The notes below the pieces were generated by a model, which was given only the letters and a program-made list of their open reading frames with translations, was not told the DNA's origin and ran no database searches. Positions 9,466-17,822 of a stretch of 64,000 bases of DNA are shown here, one piece after another (positions within the stretch are counted from its first letter, which is position 1; each line of letters begins with the position of its first letter). Where the stretch lies: IMG/VR virus record IMGVR_UViG_3300037153_000606; one strand, given 5' to 3'. Both the position numbers and the translations under genes were made by a program. Origin of the DNA: a virus.

Positions 9466-12400
9466 ATGTTCCGCAAGTTTGCTTCTGCTGAAGTGTTGGC
9501 CGTTGCAAAAGGTGAGTCATTGAAAAAGGATGCTCATCGAGCGGTCTTTTCATTTGTACCTCGACCTGGGTTTCTCTATGTAAGGTCTAGAAGTATATCT
9601 AGTCGCTGCAACGACAACTACGATTTTTTCGGCGCGGACGAGATCGCCAAGTCCTACCGGACCTTCATCGGCAAGCCGGTGTTCGTCAACCACAACAACT
9701 CCGACCACCGCCGGGCCCGGGGGATGGTCATCGACGCGGTCCTGCACCGGGACCGCAACGCCGACGGGTCCCCGGATTTCTGGGTCGAAGCGCTCATGGA
9801 GGTCGACGCCGAGACCTACCCGAAACTCGCCAAGTCGATCCTGTCCGGCGAGATCGACCGCACCTCGATGGGATGCGACGTCGAGTTGTCCAAGTGTTCC
9901 TACTGCGGCAACGAGGCGACCTCGCCGTTGGAGTACTGCCAGCACATTCCCGGCAAGAAGGGCAAGCGGATCTACAAGATGCTTCCCGACGGACGCCGGG
10001 AAGGACAACTCGTCTTCGAGATCTGTTCTGGTTTGTCGTTCTTCGAGAACTCACTGCTGGTGGAGCCTCCGGCAGATCCGACGGCTTATTTCCTTGGGCA
10101 GCCGGTATTGGGACCTGGTTTAGAGCATCTCAGGCAGAAAGCAGCGAATCTGCAGGCCGTTCTGGAGGAACAGCCTGCCGCGCCACGCCATGACATGCCT
10201 AGCCGAGCCTCGACAAACCAAGCCCGGCCGTTGCAGCGTACGGCAGCGGCTGGTGACGACTGGCATGTCGGGATGGACCCTGAGCGCCGCCGCAAGGCCG
10301 AGGAGGCCGCAGGCAAGCTCTGGGAGGGGTTCCACCAGATCATGGATCCGGGGTCGACGCCCGCCTCACGCGTCTCCGACCGCAACATGCGGGTGATGAA
10401 CAACCTGCAGAACCTGGGATATCAGCCGCATCACATCAAGTTCGAGGACGACGAGGACGAAGGGCATCCGTACGCCCACATCCAGGGACCCAAGGGGTGG
10501 TACGGCGTCGACTACGGCGGCCCGCACATGGAGATCCGGCACCAGGCCACCGGCAACGAGTCCCACGACTTGATCAACTTGCAGCACTACGACAAGGAGA
10601 CCCGCGAGCAACACCGGATGCCCGGGTACGGACCGCACGAGGCCGAGGCGGACCTGCACCACTGGGTACACGGCGACCCGGAGGAGACTGGCGGGAGCGC
10701 CGAGTACCTGGAGCACAACGACCCGCGCATCAAGCGGTGGATCGGCCGCCACCAGGCCGCGTTGCAGGTCGAGGCGGTCACCCAGGAGCATGCCGAGGAC
10801 TACCTCAACGAGCACCCGATCAGCCCCACACACATCCTGAGCCGGGTCGAGCAGGCCGCCTCGGACCCGGCCACCCTGCACTCCGGGATGAAGTGGTACG
10901 ACGACGCACACGGGATGGCCAAGACCATGGCCAGCCACCACGGCGTGCCGTTGCAGCACGCGGCAGGTGCACTGGGGGTCTACTCCTCCAGCTCGGCCCC
11001 GGCCCCGAACTTCCACATGGCCTCGATCGCCCTGCATGCCGGAAAGGGGATCTGGGCCCGTGAGTCCGGCGGTTCCGCCGAACACGGTTACAAGGGATCC
11101 CCGATGGCGTCCGAGGCCGATGCCAAGAAGGTGGACCGGATCTTCTCCGGAGAGCACTACAACGACGTCATCGGTTCGTCCAAGACCAAGCACTACGCCC
11201 GGCTGATCCACGACCCGTCCAACGATCACGACGTGGTCATCGACCGGCACGCGGTGGCGGCGGCGATCGGTCATTACGGCAACTCCGGCGAGCCGTACAA
11301 CAACGTGGCCGGGCCGATGGAGAACGTCAACGCCAAGGGGGCGGGCAAGCTCTACGACCGGTTCTCCGACGCCTACCGGCAGGCCACCCACCACCTGAAC
11401 ACGTCGCCCGAGTACAGCCCTCTGCGCAAGCACATGGTCCGGTCCGGACTGCTCGGCGAGGGCGAGAAGATCAAGCCGCACCAGGTGCAGGCGCTGGCCT
11501 GGATCGCGCAGAAGGACATCAGCGACCAGCATGCCCGCAACGACATGACCAACGCCAACCAGCGCGCCATCGACGACTGGCAGAACCACTACACCAGCCG
11601 GTACGGGGTGGACGCGCACCACCCGGTGTCCGGCAAGGGGTTCTACGGCCAGGAGCCGACCCCGGCGAAAGCGGCGAGCATGCAGCGCCTCTCCTACGGG
11701 GAAACGAAAGCCCCTCAGGACGTCGACACGCTGCGCGACGAGCGGTGCGCGATCTGCGGTAACGACACGGCCTACGACGGGCGGGAGTGCCTGGTCTGCG
11801 GGTACATCGCGCCGCCCAAGGCGTTGGGTGACCCGGACGTCGACAAGGCCAAGCATCTGGACGAGTTGAAGCAGTCGGTCGACGACGCGCTCTCCGAGGT
11901 CGACCCGTCCCGGCCGGGTGCGGACTTCGACCCCGGCGACCTGGACGAGATCCAGGCCGAGATCGGTGAGGCGGGCACCCCGCCGATGGTGTGCCCGAAC
12001 TGCGACTCGGTCTTCGACCCGGCCGAGGAAGAGATCAATGCCGGTGATACCTGCCCGGACTGCGGTCAGGCCGAGGTGGCGGAGGCCGAGCCGGAGGAGG
12101 GCGAGGGAGACGCCCAGGATGTGGCCGAGGACGAGGCCACCGAGGGGCTGCCCGGCGAACAGGCCGAGGACCAGGACGTGCCCAGCGGGGACGAGGACGA
12201 AGACGCCGACGAGGACGAGGAAGACGAGGACGGGGAACCAGACGACGAAGACGAGGAGGACGAGGAAGACAAGCGCAGACGTCGTCCTGTTGCCAGCCGG
12301 TCCGCGACCTCGAAGTACCGACCACCATCGAAGGGGTACGACATGCAGAAGGCACTGGCGGCACTGGCCGAGCTGCAGGCCCTGGTCGAGCACCAGCAGC

Positions 12401-13263
12401 ACGAGAACCTGAAGCTGCAGCGGCGGCTCGCCGCCAAGGACAGCCAGATCCAGCGGTTGACCTACGGTCTGCAGGCGATCGCCCAGCATCTCGGCCCCGA
12501 CGTGGACACCCTGGTGCGTTCGGCCATGCTGCGCAAGCGGGCCGACGAGCAGAACCCGGCCCAGCCGGTGCCCGAGCCCGCGCCGGAACCGCCGACCGAG
12601 TCCACCGTGCAGGCCGAGACGCCGGAGGCGTTCGCCGACGTCACCGCGCCGGGCATGGTGCCGGGGTCCACCCAGGACGTGGCCGCCGACGCCGTCTCCA
12701 CCGCGTACACGCCCGGTCAAGACGTGGGCGCGCCGCCACTGCGCCAGTTGGTCGACGTGACCCGGCCCATCGACGGCACCCAGGGACCGCGCCCGTTAAG
12801 CGAGACCAAGACCAACGTGGACGTGCGGGTGGGCAACCCGATGAACCCGCAGACCGCGTTCCCGCTCGGCGGTGACTTCGCCCAGGCGCAGCGCACCGGT
12901 TCGGTCAACGGCGGCAGCGGGGACCTGAAGACGATGGCCTCGATCCGGCTGGCCAGGCTGCGCATCGCGGCCAACATCGAGGACGGCGAGGACCTGGCCA
13001 TCGCGCAGCGCATCGCCGCCGAGCTGGACGTCCCGGCGATCAACGCCGAGATCGCCACGCTGTCCAACGTGATCAAGGCGAGTGCGGCGCGCCGCCAGCA
13101 GCAGCCACCGCCGCGCGGAGTGCCGCCGCGCCCGGCTCCGGGGGTGGGCCGCACCGTTCCGCCGATGACCCGTTCGGCCGGGTTGCGCACCGCATCGCGG
13201 CCGGACGCCGAGGACGCCGACCTGGCGCTGGTTTTCCTCTCCGAGCAAGCCCTGTCCAGCTGA
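9466..13263 (+). CDS. Capsid maturation protease / scaffold polyprotein with inserted domains
   Basis: GGAGGT RBS (GTG 9463 or ATG 9466); FIGKPVFVNH, TSMGC, FFENSLLVEPPADP protease-like motifs; Zn fingers, acidic tract, coiled coil; lies upstream of decoration and capsid genes. Confidence 0.75.
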   Translation: MFRKFASAEVLAVAKGESLKKDAHRAVFSFVPRPGFLYVRSRSISSRCNDNYDFFGADEIAKSYRTFIGKPVFVNHNNSDHRRARGMVIDAVLHRDRNADGSPDFWVEALMEVDAETYPKLAKSILSGEIDRTSMGCDVELSKCSYCGNEATSPLEYCQHIPGKKGKRIYKMLPDGRREGQLVFEICSGLSFFENSLLVEPPADPTAYFLGQPVLGPGLEHLRQKAANLQAVLEEQPAAPRHDMPSRASTNQARPLQRTAAAGDDWHVGMDPERRRKAEEAAGKLWEGFHQIMDPGSTPASRVSDRNMRVMNNLQNLGYQPHHIKFEDDEDEGHPYAHIQGPKGWYGVDYGGPHMEIRHQATGNESHDLINLQHYDKETREQHRMPGYGPHEAEADLHHWVHGDPEETGGSAEYLEHNDPRIKRWIGRHQAALQVEAVTQEHAEDYLNEHPISPTHILSRVEQAASDPATLHSGMKWYDDAHGMAKTMASHHGVPLQHAAGALGVYSSSSAPAPNFHMASIALHAGKGIWARESGGSAEHGYKGSPMASEADAKKVDRIFSGEHYNDVIGSSKTKHYARLIHDPSNDHDVVIDRHAVAAAIGHYGNSGEPYNNVAGPMENVNAKGAGKLYDRFSDAYRQATHHLNTSPEYSPLRKHMVRSGLLGEGEKIKPHQVQALAWIAQKDISDQHARNDMTNANQRAIDDWQNHYTSRYGVDAHHPVSGKGFYGQEPTPAKAASMQRLSYGETKAPQDVDTLRDERCAICGNDTAYDGRECLVCGYIAPPKALGDPDVDKAKHLDELKQSVDDALSEVDPSRPGADFDPGDLDEIQAEIGEAGTPPMVCPNCDSVFDPAEEEINAGDTCPDCGQAEVAEAEPEEGEGDAQDVAEDEATEGLPGEQAEDQDVPSGDEDEDADEDEEDEDGEPDDEDEEDEEDKRRRRPVASRSATSKYRPPSKGYDMQKALAALAELQALVEHQQHENLKLQRRLAAKDSQIQRLTYGLQAIAQHLGPDVDTLVRSAMLRKRADEQNPAQPVPEPAPEPPTESTVQAETPEAFADVTAPGMVPGSTQDVAADAVSTAYTPGQDVGAPPLRQLVDVTRPIDGTQGPRPLSETKTNVDVRVGNPMNPQTAFPLGGDFAQAQRTGSVNGGSGDLKTMASIRLARLRIAANIEDGEDLAIAQRIAAELDVPAINAEIATLSNVIKASAARRQQQPPPRGVPPRPAPGVGRTVPPMTRSAGLRTASRPDAEDADLALVFLSEQALSS

Positions 13264-13312
13264 CCGTGCTACCCGCCAAGCAATAGCAACGGCGTAGAGA
13301 GGAAAGATCACA

Positions 13313-13828
13313 ATGCTGAGGACGCCACTCAACCTCAACTACATGAAGCGCACCATCCGGCCGCTCTACGCCAACACCCAGGCCACCCCGAAGGGCATGT
13401 TCCTGGACCCGGCGTGGGCGTTCACGGTGGACATCTACCCCGGCATGGCGATGCAGAAGAACGCGGGCCAGCTGGTCGCGCCGCTCGGCTCCGGCGACCC
13501 GTACGGCCTGTCGGACTTCTTCGAGGCCCCCACCCTCGGGATCCGTCAGATCACCGATTCAGGCATCAACGCCTGCGCGGTGTGGGTGCTCGATCCCGAT
13601 GCGGAGTTCCAGGTGCTGCCTCCGGCCTTCGACACCACGCTGGCCTGGGCCGAGGCGGGCGGAGGTGCGATGACCCCGGTGTTCGCCTACACCAGCGGCG
13701 CGAAGCAGGGCCAGCTGGCGATCGGCACCGGTGCAGGCATCGGCACCAAGGCGGTGGCCCGGCTGCTCAACGTGTCCGGCACCGGGGCCAATTCAGTGAT
13801 CACCATCGGCGGGCTGCCGAGCAGCTAA
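13313..13828 (+). CDS. Capsid decoration / head structural protein
   Basis: 171 aa between scaffold and capsid genes; RBS AGAGG; assigned by synteny. Confidence 0.65.
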   Translation: MLRTPLNLNYMKRTIRPLYANTQATPKGMFLDPAWAFTVDIYPGMAMQKNAGQLVAPLGSGDPYGLSDFFEAPTLGIRQITDSGINACAVWVLDPDAEFQVLPPAFDTTLAWAEAGGGAMTPVFAYTSGAKQGQLAIGTGAGIGTKAVARLLNVSGTGANSVITIGGLPSS

Positions 13829-13873
13829 GACGCCCGGACCATCGTTCCCGGCCCGAGAATCAGGAGAAGCGCA

Positions 13874-14848
13874 ATGACCCAGCTGATGGTCCCGCAGGGC
13901 GTCCAGGTCCCGATGAAGTCGGACGACTACGTCGCCCAGATCATGGCCAGGCACCAGGGCAAGACAGCCACCCACAACCAGAAGCTGCAGGCCATCGCGC
14001 GGGTGCTCTCCGACGAGGTCTCCGGCTTCAAGCGGCTCGGTGTCGGCATGATCGGCCCGATCCAGCTCAAGCTGCGTTATCAGGGCATCACCCGCAACGT
14101 GCTGGTCGAGGACCCGGTCACGCCGGGCACCCCGGTCGAGTACGACGTGTGGGACGACCTGGGCCAGGCCTTCATCCTGTCCGGCAACGAGGGCGAAGTC
14201 GACATCACGATCTTCGAGGGCAAGCGGGTGCGGGTGGACTTCTACCGCATCGCGTCGCAGGCCCAGATCCGCAAGGAAGACCTGATGTACCTGCGCATCA
14301 ACGCCGTCGAGCAGGCGCAGGACGAGACCAAGCAGTCCATCCTCAAGCAGGAGGACTCCCGGCTGATCATCGTGTTGCAGGCGGCGCTGACCAACTACGC
14401 GACCCGGCCGGACCACGTGATCACCCCGAACCACACGGTGTCGGAGACCTCGGGCTACTACACCCCGGCCTCGTTCTATCAGGCGGTCGCGCAGACCGAC
14501 ATGCACGAGCTGGTGTCCAGCCGCATGCTGGTCAACCCGATGGACTACCGGGACTTCTTCAAGTGGGACATCAACACCACCGGTTGGGCGTTCAAGGACC
14601 GCGTGGTGGCCGGTGAGACGATCACCAGCTTCGGCGAGTTCCAGGTGCAGCGCTCGATCATGGTGCCGCAAAAGTCGCTCTACCTGCTGCCCGAGCCGAA
14701 CTTCCTCGGCGTCTTCCCGGTCCTGTACAGCTTGGACGTGGAGGAGAACCACCAGGTGGCGCGCTTCCTGCGCGGTTGGGTGTTCGACGAAATGGTTTGC
14801 CAATTGGTTCTCAACCCGAGAGGCATAGCGGCTGTTACCAAGCCGTGA
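13874..14848 (+). CDS. Major capsid protein
   Basis: 324 aa; AGGAG RBS; strongly GC3-biased codons; C-terminal LVLNPRGI; synteny; followed by terminator. Confidence 0.8.
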   Translation: MTQLMVPQGVQVPMKSDDYVAQIMARHQGKTATHNQKLQAIARVLSDEVSGFKRLGVGMIGPIQLKLRYQGITRNVLVEDPVTPGTPVEYDVWDDLGQAFILSGNEGEVDITIFEGKRVRVDFYRIASQAQIRKEDLMYLRINAVEQAQDETKQSILKQEDSRLIIVLQAALTNYATRPDHVITPNHTVSETSGYYTPASFYQAVAQTDMHELVSSRMLVNPMDYRDFFKWDINTTGWAFKDRVVAGETITSFGEFQVQRSIMVPQKSLYLLPEPNFLGVFPVLYSLDVEENHQVARFLRGWVFDEMVCQLVLNPRGIAAVTKP

Positions 14849-14860
14849 GACCATAGTTTT

Positions 14861-14907
14861 ACGTTACTACCCCTTCCCATTCGATGGTGAAGGGGTAGTA
14901 TCGTTTT
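14861..14907 (+). terminator. Hairpin + T-tract after capsid gene, covering the RBS of the next gene
   Basis: TACTACCCCTTC (14865-76) pairs with GAAGGGGTAGTA (14889-900), then TTTT, then ATG 14908. Confidence 0.75.
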
Positions 14908-15738
14908 ATGCCTCGGCCGCCGTCTCCAACGACTTCGAAGACGTGTCAACGTGACGGTTGCGATAACCGATTCGAAGTCACCCAAGCCAAAGCTCAGAGG
15001 GATCGTCGATTTTGTTCGAAAGATTGCTCGAACAAAGCCACCGCGCTAATCCGTGGCGCTTCGTATCGAGCCAGTCATGGGTATAAGCCGCCAGTTTGTC
15101 CATGTGGTCGTTCTATCCAACCGAGACCGGGCCAGCGGTACGTCTATTCGAAGAAATATTGCGACATGGAGTGTCGTGCTCGATTTAGCCCGAGGCGACA
15201 ACCCAATCCTGAAAAGTGGGGTTCATACACGTGTCGCGTGTGTGGCACTGAATTCACCCGCCGGAAGAACTCTCGTAATGCCAAGATCTATTGCAGCCTT
15301 GCGTGTGCCAACAAGGAGACCAAGAAGAAGCATCACATCGTGTTGCGCGATGACGATGTTGTGTTCGACAGTGCCTGGGAGGCGTTCTTTTACGGCGCGT
15401 GCAAGATCGCGAAGATCCCGATCGAACGGTTCGACCGAGATCATGGTGTTGCCTACGACCCAGAATACCTGGATCGGTGGTACGCGCCAGACTTCTGGTT
15501 GCCCGACGTCCAGGCATGGGTCGGTCGCACCGGCGTTGCGATCGAAATCAAAGGTGTTGAAGACGACCGCGACGAAACCCGGTGGACCGCCTTCCGGTCG
15601 ACGGGAGTCGACCTGGTGGTGATGGACCGGTACCGGATGGAGAACCTGTCTGCACACTCGTTGTCCGACATCCTGCGAGTCGCCACGATGAGGGACAATC
15701 CCGCCTTGCCATGCCAAGCCGCGACACGCCTAGCCTAA
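14908..15738 (+). CDS. Free-standing endonuclease: Cys-rich zinc-finger repeats + PD-(D/E)XK domain
   Basis: Repeated CxxC..(F/Y)CS..C units; FDSAWEAFF..YAPDFWLP..IEIKG; lower-GC 5' half; 3' end runs into the array. Confidence 0.75.
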   Translation: MPRPPSPTTSKTCQRDGCDNRFEVTQAKAQRDRRFCSKDCSNKATALIRGASYRASHGYKPPVCPCGRSIQPRPGQRYVYSKKYCDMECRARFSPRRQPNPEKWGSYTCRVCGTEFTRRKNSRNAKIYCSLACANKETKKKHHIVLRDDDVVFDSAWEAFFYGACKIAKIPIERFDRDHGVAYDPEYLDRWYAPDFWLPDVQAWVGRTGVAIEIKGVEDDRDETRWTAFRSTGVDLVVMDRYRMENLSAHSLSDILRVATMRDNPALPCQAATRLA

Positions 15739-17275
15739 CCTTGCCACGCCGAACCAGGACTGCCGCGCCCTGCCAAGGGTTGCCCCGCCCAACCCAACCG
15801 GGCCTCGCCTGGCACGCCGAGACGAACCCGGCCAAGTACCGCCGTGCCATGCCGCACCTTGGCAGCCTCACCGAGCCATGCCGAGCCATGCCCATCCACG
15901 CCGTGCCCTGACCACCATGCCGTGCCTGCCGAGCCACGCCAAGCCTTGACCCGCCCTGACGGGCCGAGCCTTGCCCTGACTGCCGAACCACGCCAAGCCA
16001 CACCAAGACCCGACCTGCCAAGCCGAGCCGTGCCGAGCCATGCCTGCCCCGCCGCACCACGCCGCACCATGCCGCTGCCCTACCGTGCCGCACCCTGCCC
16101 GCCTTGCCCAGCCAAGACGTGCCACTCCAGGCCAAACCCTGCCCGCCTTGCCTCACCTCGCCGTGGCCCGCCCAACCGCACCGAGCCCCGCCAAGCCTGC
16201 GTCGCCCCGCCGTGACCCGTCACGCCGGGCCCAACCAAACCACGCCTGCCCGACCGAGCCCTGCGTTGCCCTGCCTGGACCAACCGCGCCTCGCCTGCCA
16301 TGCCCCACCTGGCCAGACCATGCCCAGCCGTGCCAGCCTGCCAAACCGAGCCCTACCGAGCCGTACCCAGACGAGCCAAGCCACACCGTGCCCGCCCAAC
16401 CGGGCCGCACCGGGACTCGCCGAGCCCTACCTTGCCTGCCTTGCCGAGCCGAGCCTCGCCAAGCATTGCCATGCCCAGCCGTGCCTGCCGAACCGAGCCC
16501 TACCGGGCCGAGCGGTGCCCTGCCTGGCCTAGCCGCGCCGCGACTGCCCTGCCTTGCCTCACCCAGCCTTGCCGAGCCGCACCAAGCCTTGCCGCGCCTG
16601 CCGTACCTCGCCCAGCCGAGCCCGGACGGACCTAGCCCCACCGCACGGTGCCCTGCCGAGCCATGACTGCCCTGCCCTGCCGCACCGAACCGAGACGTGC
16701 CGGACCACCCGGGCCAAGCCACGACTGCCGTGCCACACCCTGCCGACCATGCCCAACCCAGCCATGCCGAGGCTGCCCCGCCGTACCGGACCCGGCCGCA
16801 CCAAACCAAGCCATGCCTGCCGCGACCTGCGATGCCCTGCGGTACCAGGACATGCCGTGCCTGCCGAGCCGGGACCCGCCCCGCCATGACTAGCCATGAC
16901 CGGACTTGCCCCACCGAGCCTGCCCAGCCACGCCTTGCCCAGACTTGCCAGGCCTTGCCGTGCGCTGCCAGCCGAGCCAAGCCTTGGCTGCCTCGCCACG
17001 CCGAGCCCTGCCGAGCCCACCTAGCCTTGCCCTGCCACGGCTGCCCTGACATGACCCGCCGTGCGATGCCGAACCGGGCCGGACCATGCCTGCCTACCAG
17101 GCCACGCCCCGACTCGTCCCGCCTTGCCTTGCCTGCCGGGCCGAGCCTTGACTAGCCATGCCTAGCCACGCCATGCCGAGGCTGCCCAGCCATACTGCGC
17201 CGTGCCGAGACTTGCCCCGCGACGACCCGACATGCCTGCCCGACCTCGCCACGCCCACCTAGCCGTGACTGCCAC
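15703..17275 (-). repeat. GGY-NN pentamer array, ~29 units; putative guide-RNA array (VIPR-like)
   Basis: Plus strand reads RCC-NN in 5-nt register, broken about every 8-13 pentamers by a 4-nt step (gcct/gact/ggct/gccc); downstream of and co-oriented with a RAMP-like gene. Confidence 0.85.
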
Positions 17276-17282
17276 GAAGCGA

Positions 17283-17320
17283 ACCGCCGGGATCATGCCC
17301 CACCACATGATCCCGGCGGT
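17283..17320 (-). promoter_or_regulatory. Perfect 15-bp hairpin in the array leader
   Basis: ACCGCCGGGATCATG - 8 nt loop - CATGATCCCGGCGGT. Confidence 0.7.
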
Positions 17321-17363
17321 CCAAAGCCACCCATTCCCTCCCGCGAGACGAGTGGCCGGTCTG

Positions 17364-17819
17364 TCAGCTCGCCTGATGCTCGCCGTTCAGGTCGTCGAGC
17401 ACCATCCGGGTGAACTCATCCAAGTGACGGTACTGAGCTGCTAGCGCACGCCAGCGCCGTTCCGCCTCCTGCAGGATCAACCTCCGCTTGAGCGGGTCGA
17501 GCGCGATGTCCTCGACCGGTTCATAGTTCGGTTGGTGCGCCGTAGGGCGCGACACCGCGATGTACTTGCGGACCCGTTTCTCCTCGTCCGATGCATCCCG
17601 GTAGACCACCTTCACCGAGGTGATCAGCTTGTGGGCCTGGGTGAGCCGGTGTTTCTCCCCGGCCACCCGGTTGTCCCACTCGAAACGCGAGTACAGCGGG
17701 TGTTTCCTGCCGAGCGACTGGACGTCGGCCAACACCGCCCGAGGAGTCAGCTCGCCCTGTCGTTGGCGAACCTCCTCAAGCTGGCGAGCCAACTCCTCGT
17801 GAGCGGTGAAGGCGGTCAT
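17364..17819 (-). CDS. Accessory protein of the RAMP/array operon, function unknown
   Basis: 151 aa; starts 3 nt after RAMP-like gene stop; LTPRAVL..HPLYSRFEWDN..AGEKHRL.QA..LI. Confidence 0.8.
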   Translation of the reverse strand: MTAFTAHEELARQLEEVRQRQGELTPRAVLADVQSLGRKHPLYSRFEWDNRVAGEKHRLTQAHKLITSVKVVYRDASDEEKRVRKYIAVSRPTAHQPNYEPVEDIALDPLKRRLILQEAERRWRALAAQYRHLDEFTRMVLDDLNGEHQAS

Positions 17820-17822
17820 GGC

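Noticed and set aside
8921-9590. Group I intron carrying the HNH gene
   Set aside because: The HNH is antisense, I see no intron core or room for one, and the duplicated N-terminus with its own RBS makes splicing unnecessary.
10366-12720. Long antisense ORFs (also 35325-37985, 52158-54008, 83-1732, 31227-32798)
   Set aside because: Typical high-GC shadow frames opposite well-supported genes.
16145-16198. Array unit decoding to [FL]SSVP[QH]A[DE]P[NK] as a guide against the protease PADP motif
   Set aside because: The register does not fit ENSLLVEPPADP; the similarity is too weak.
15703-17275. Canonical CRISPR array or simple microsatellite
   Set aside because: There is no 25-40 nt direct repeat with spacers; the NN positions vary without copy-to-copy identity and units are punctuated, unlike slippage repeats.
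15548-17444. Many overlapping ORFs rich in P/C/R/A or G/W/A/R across the array
   Set aside because: By-products of the stop-poor 5-nt repeat; open in several frames on both strands, with no RBS or codon bias.
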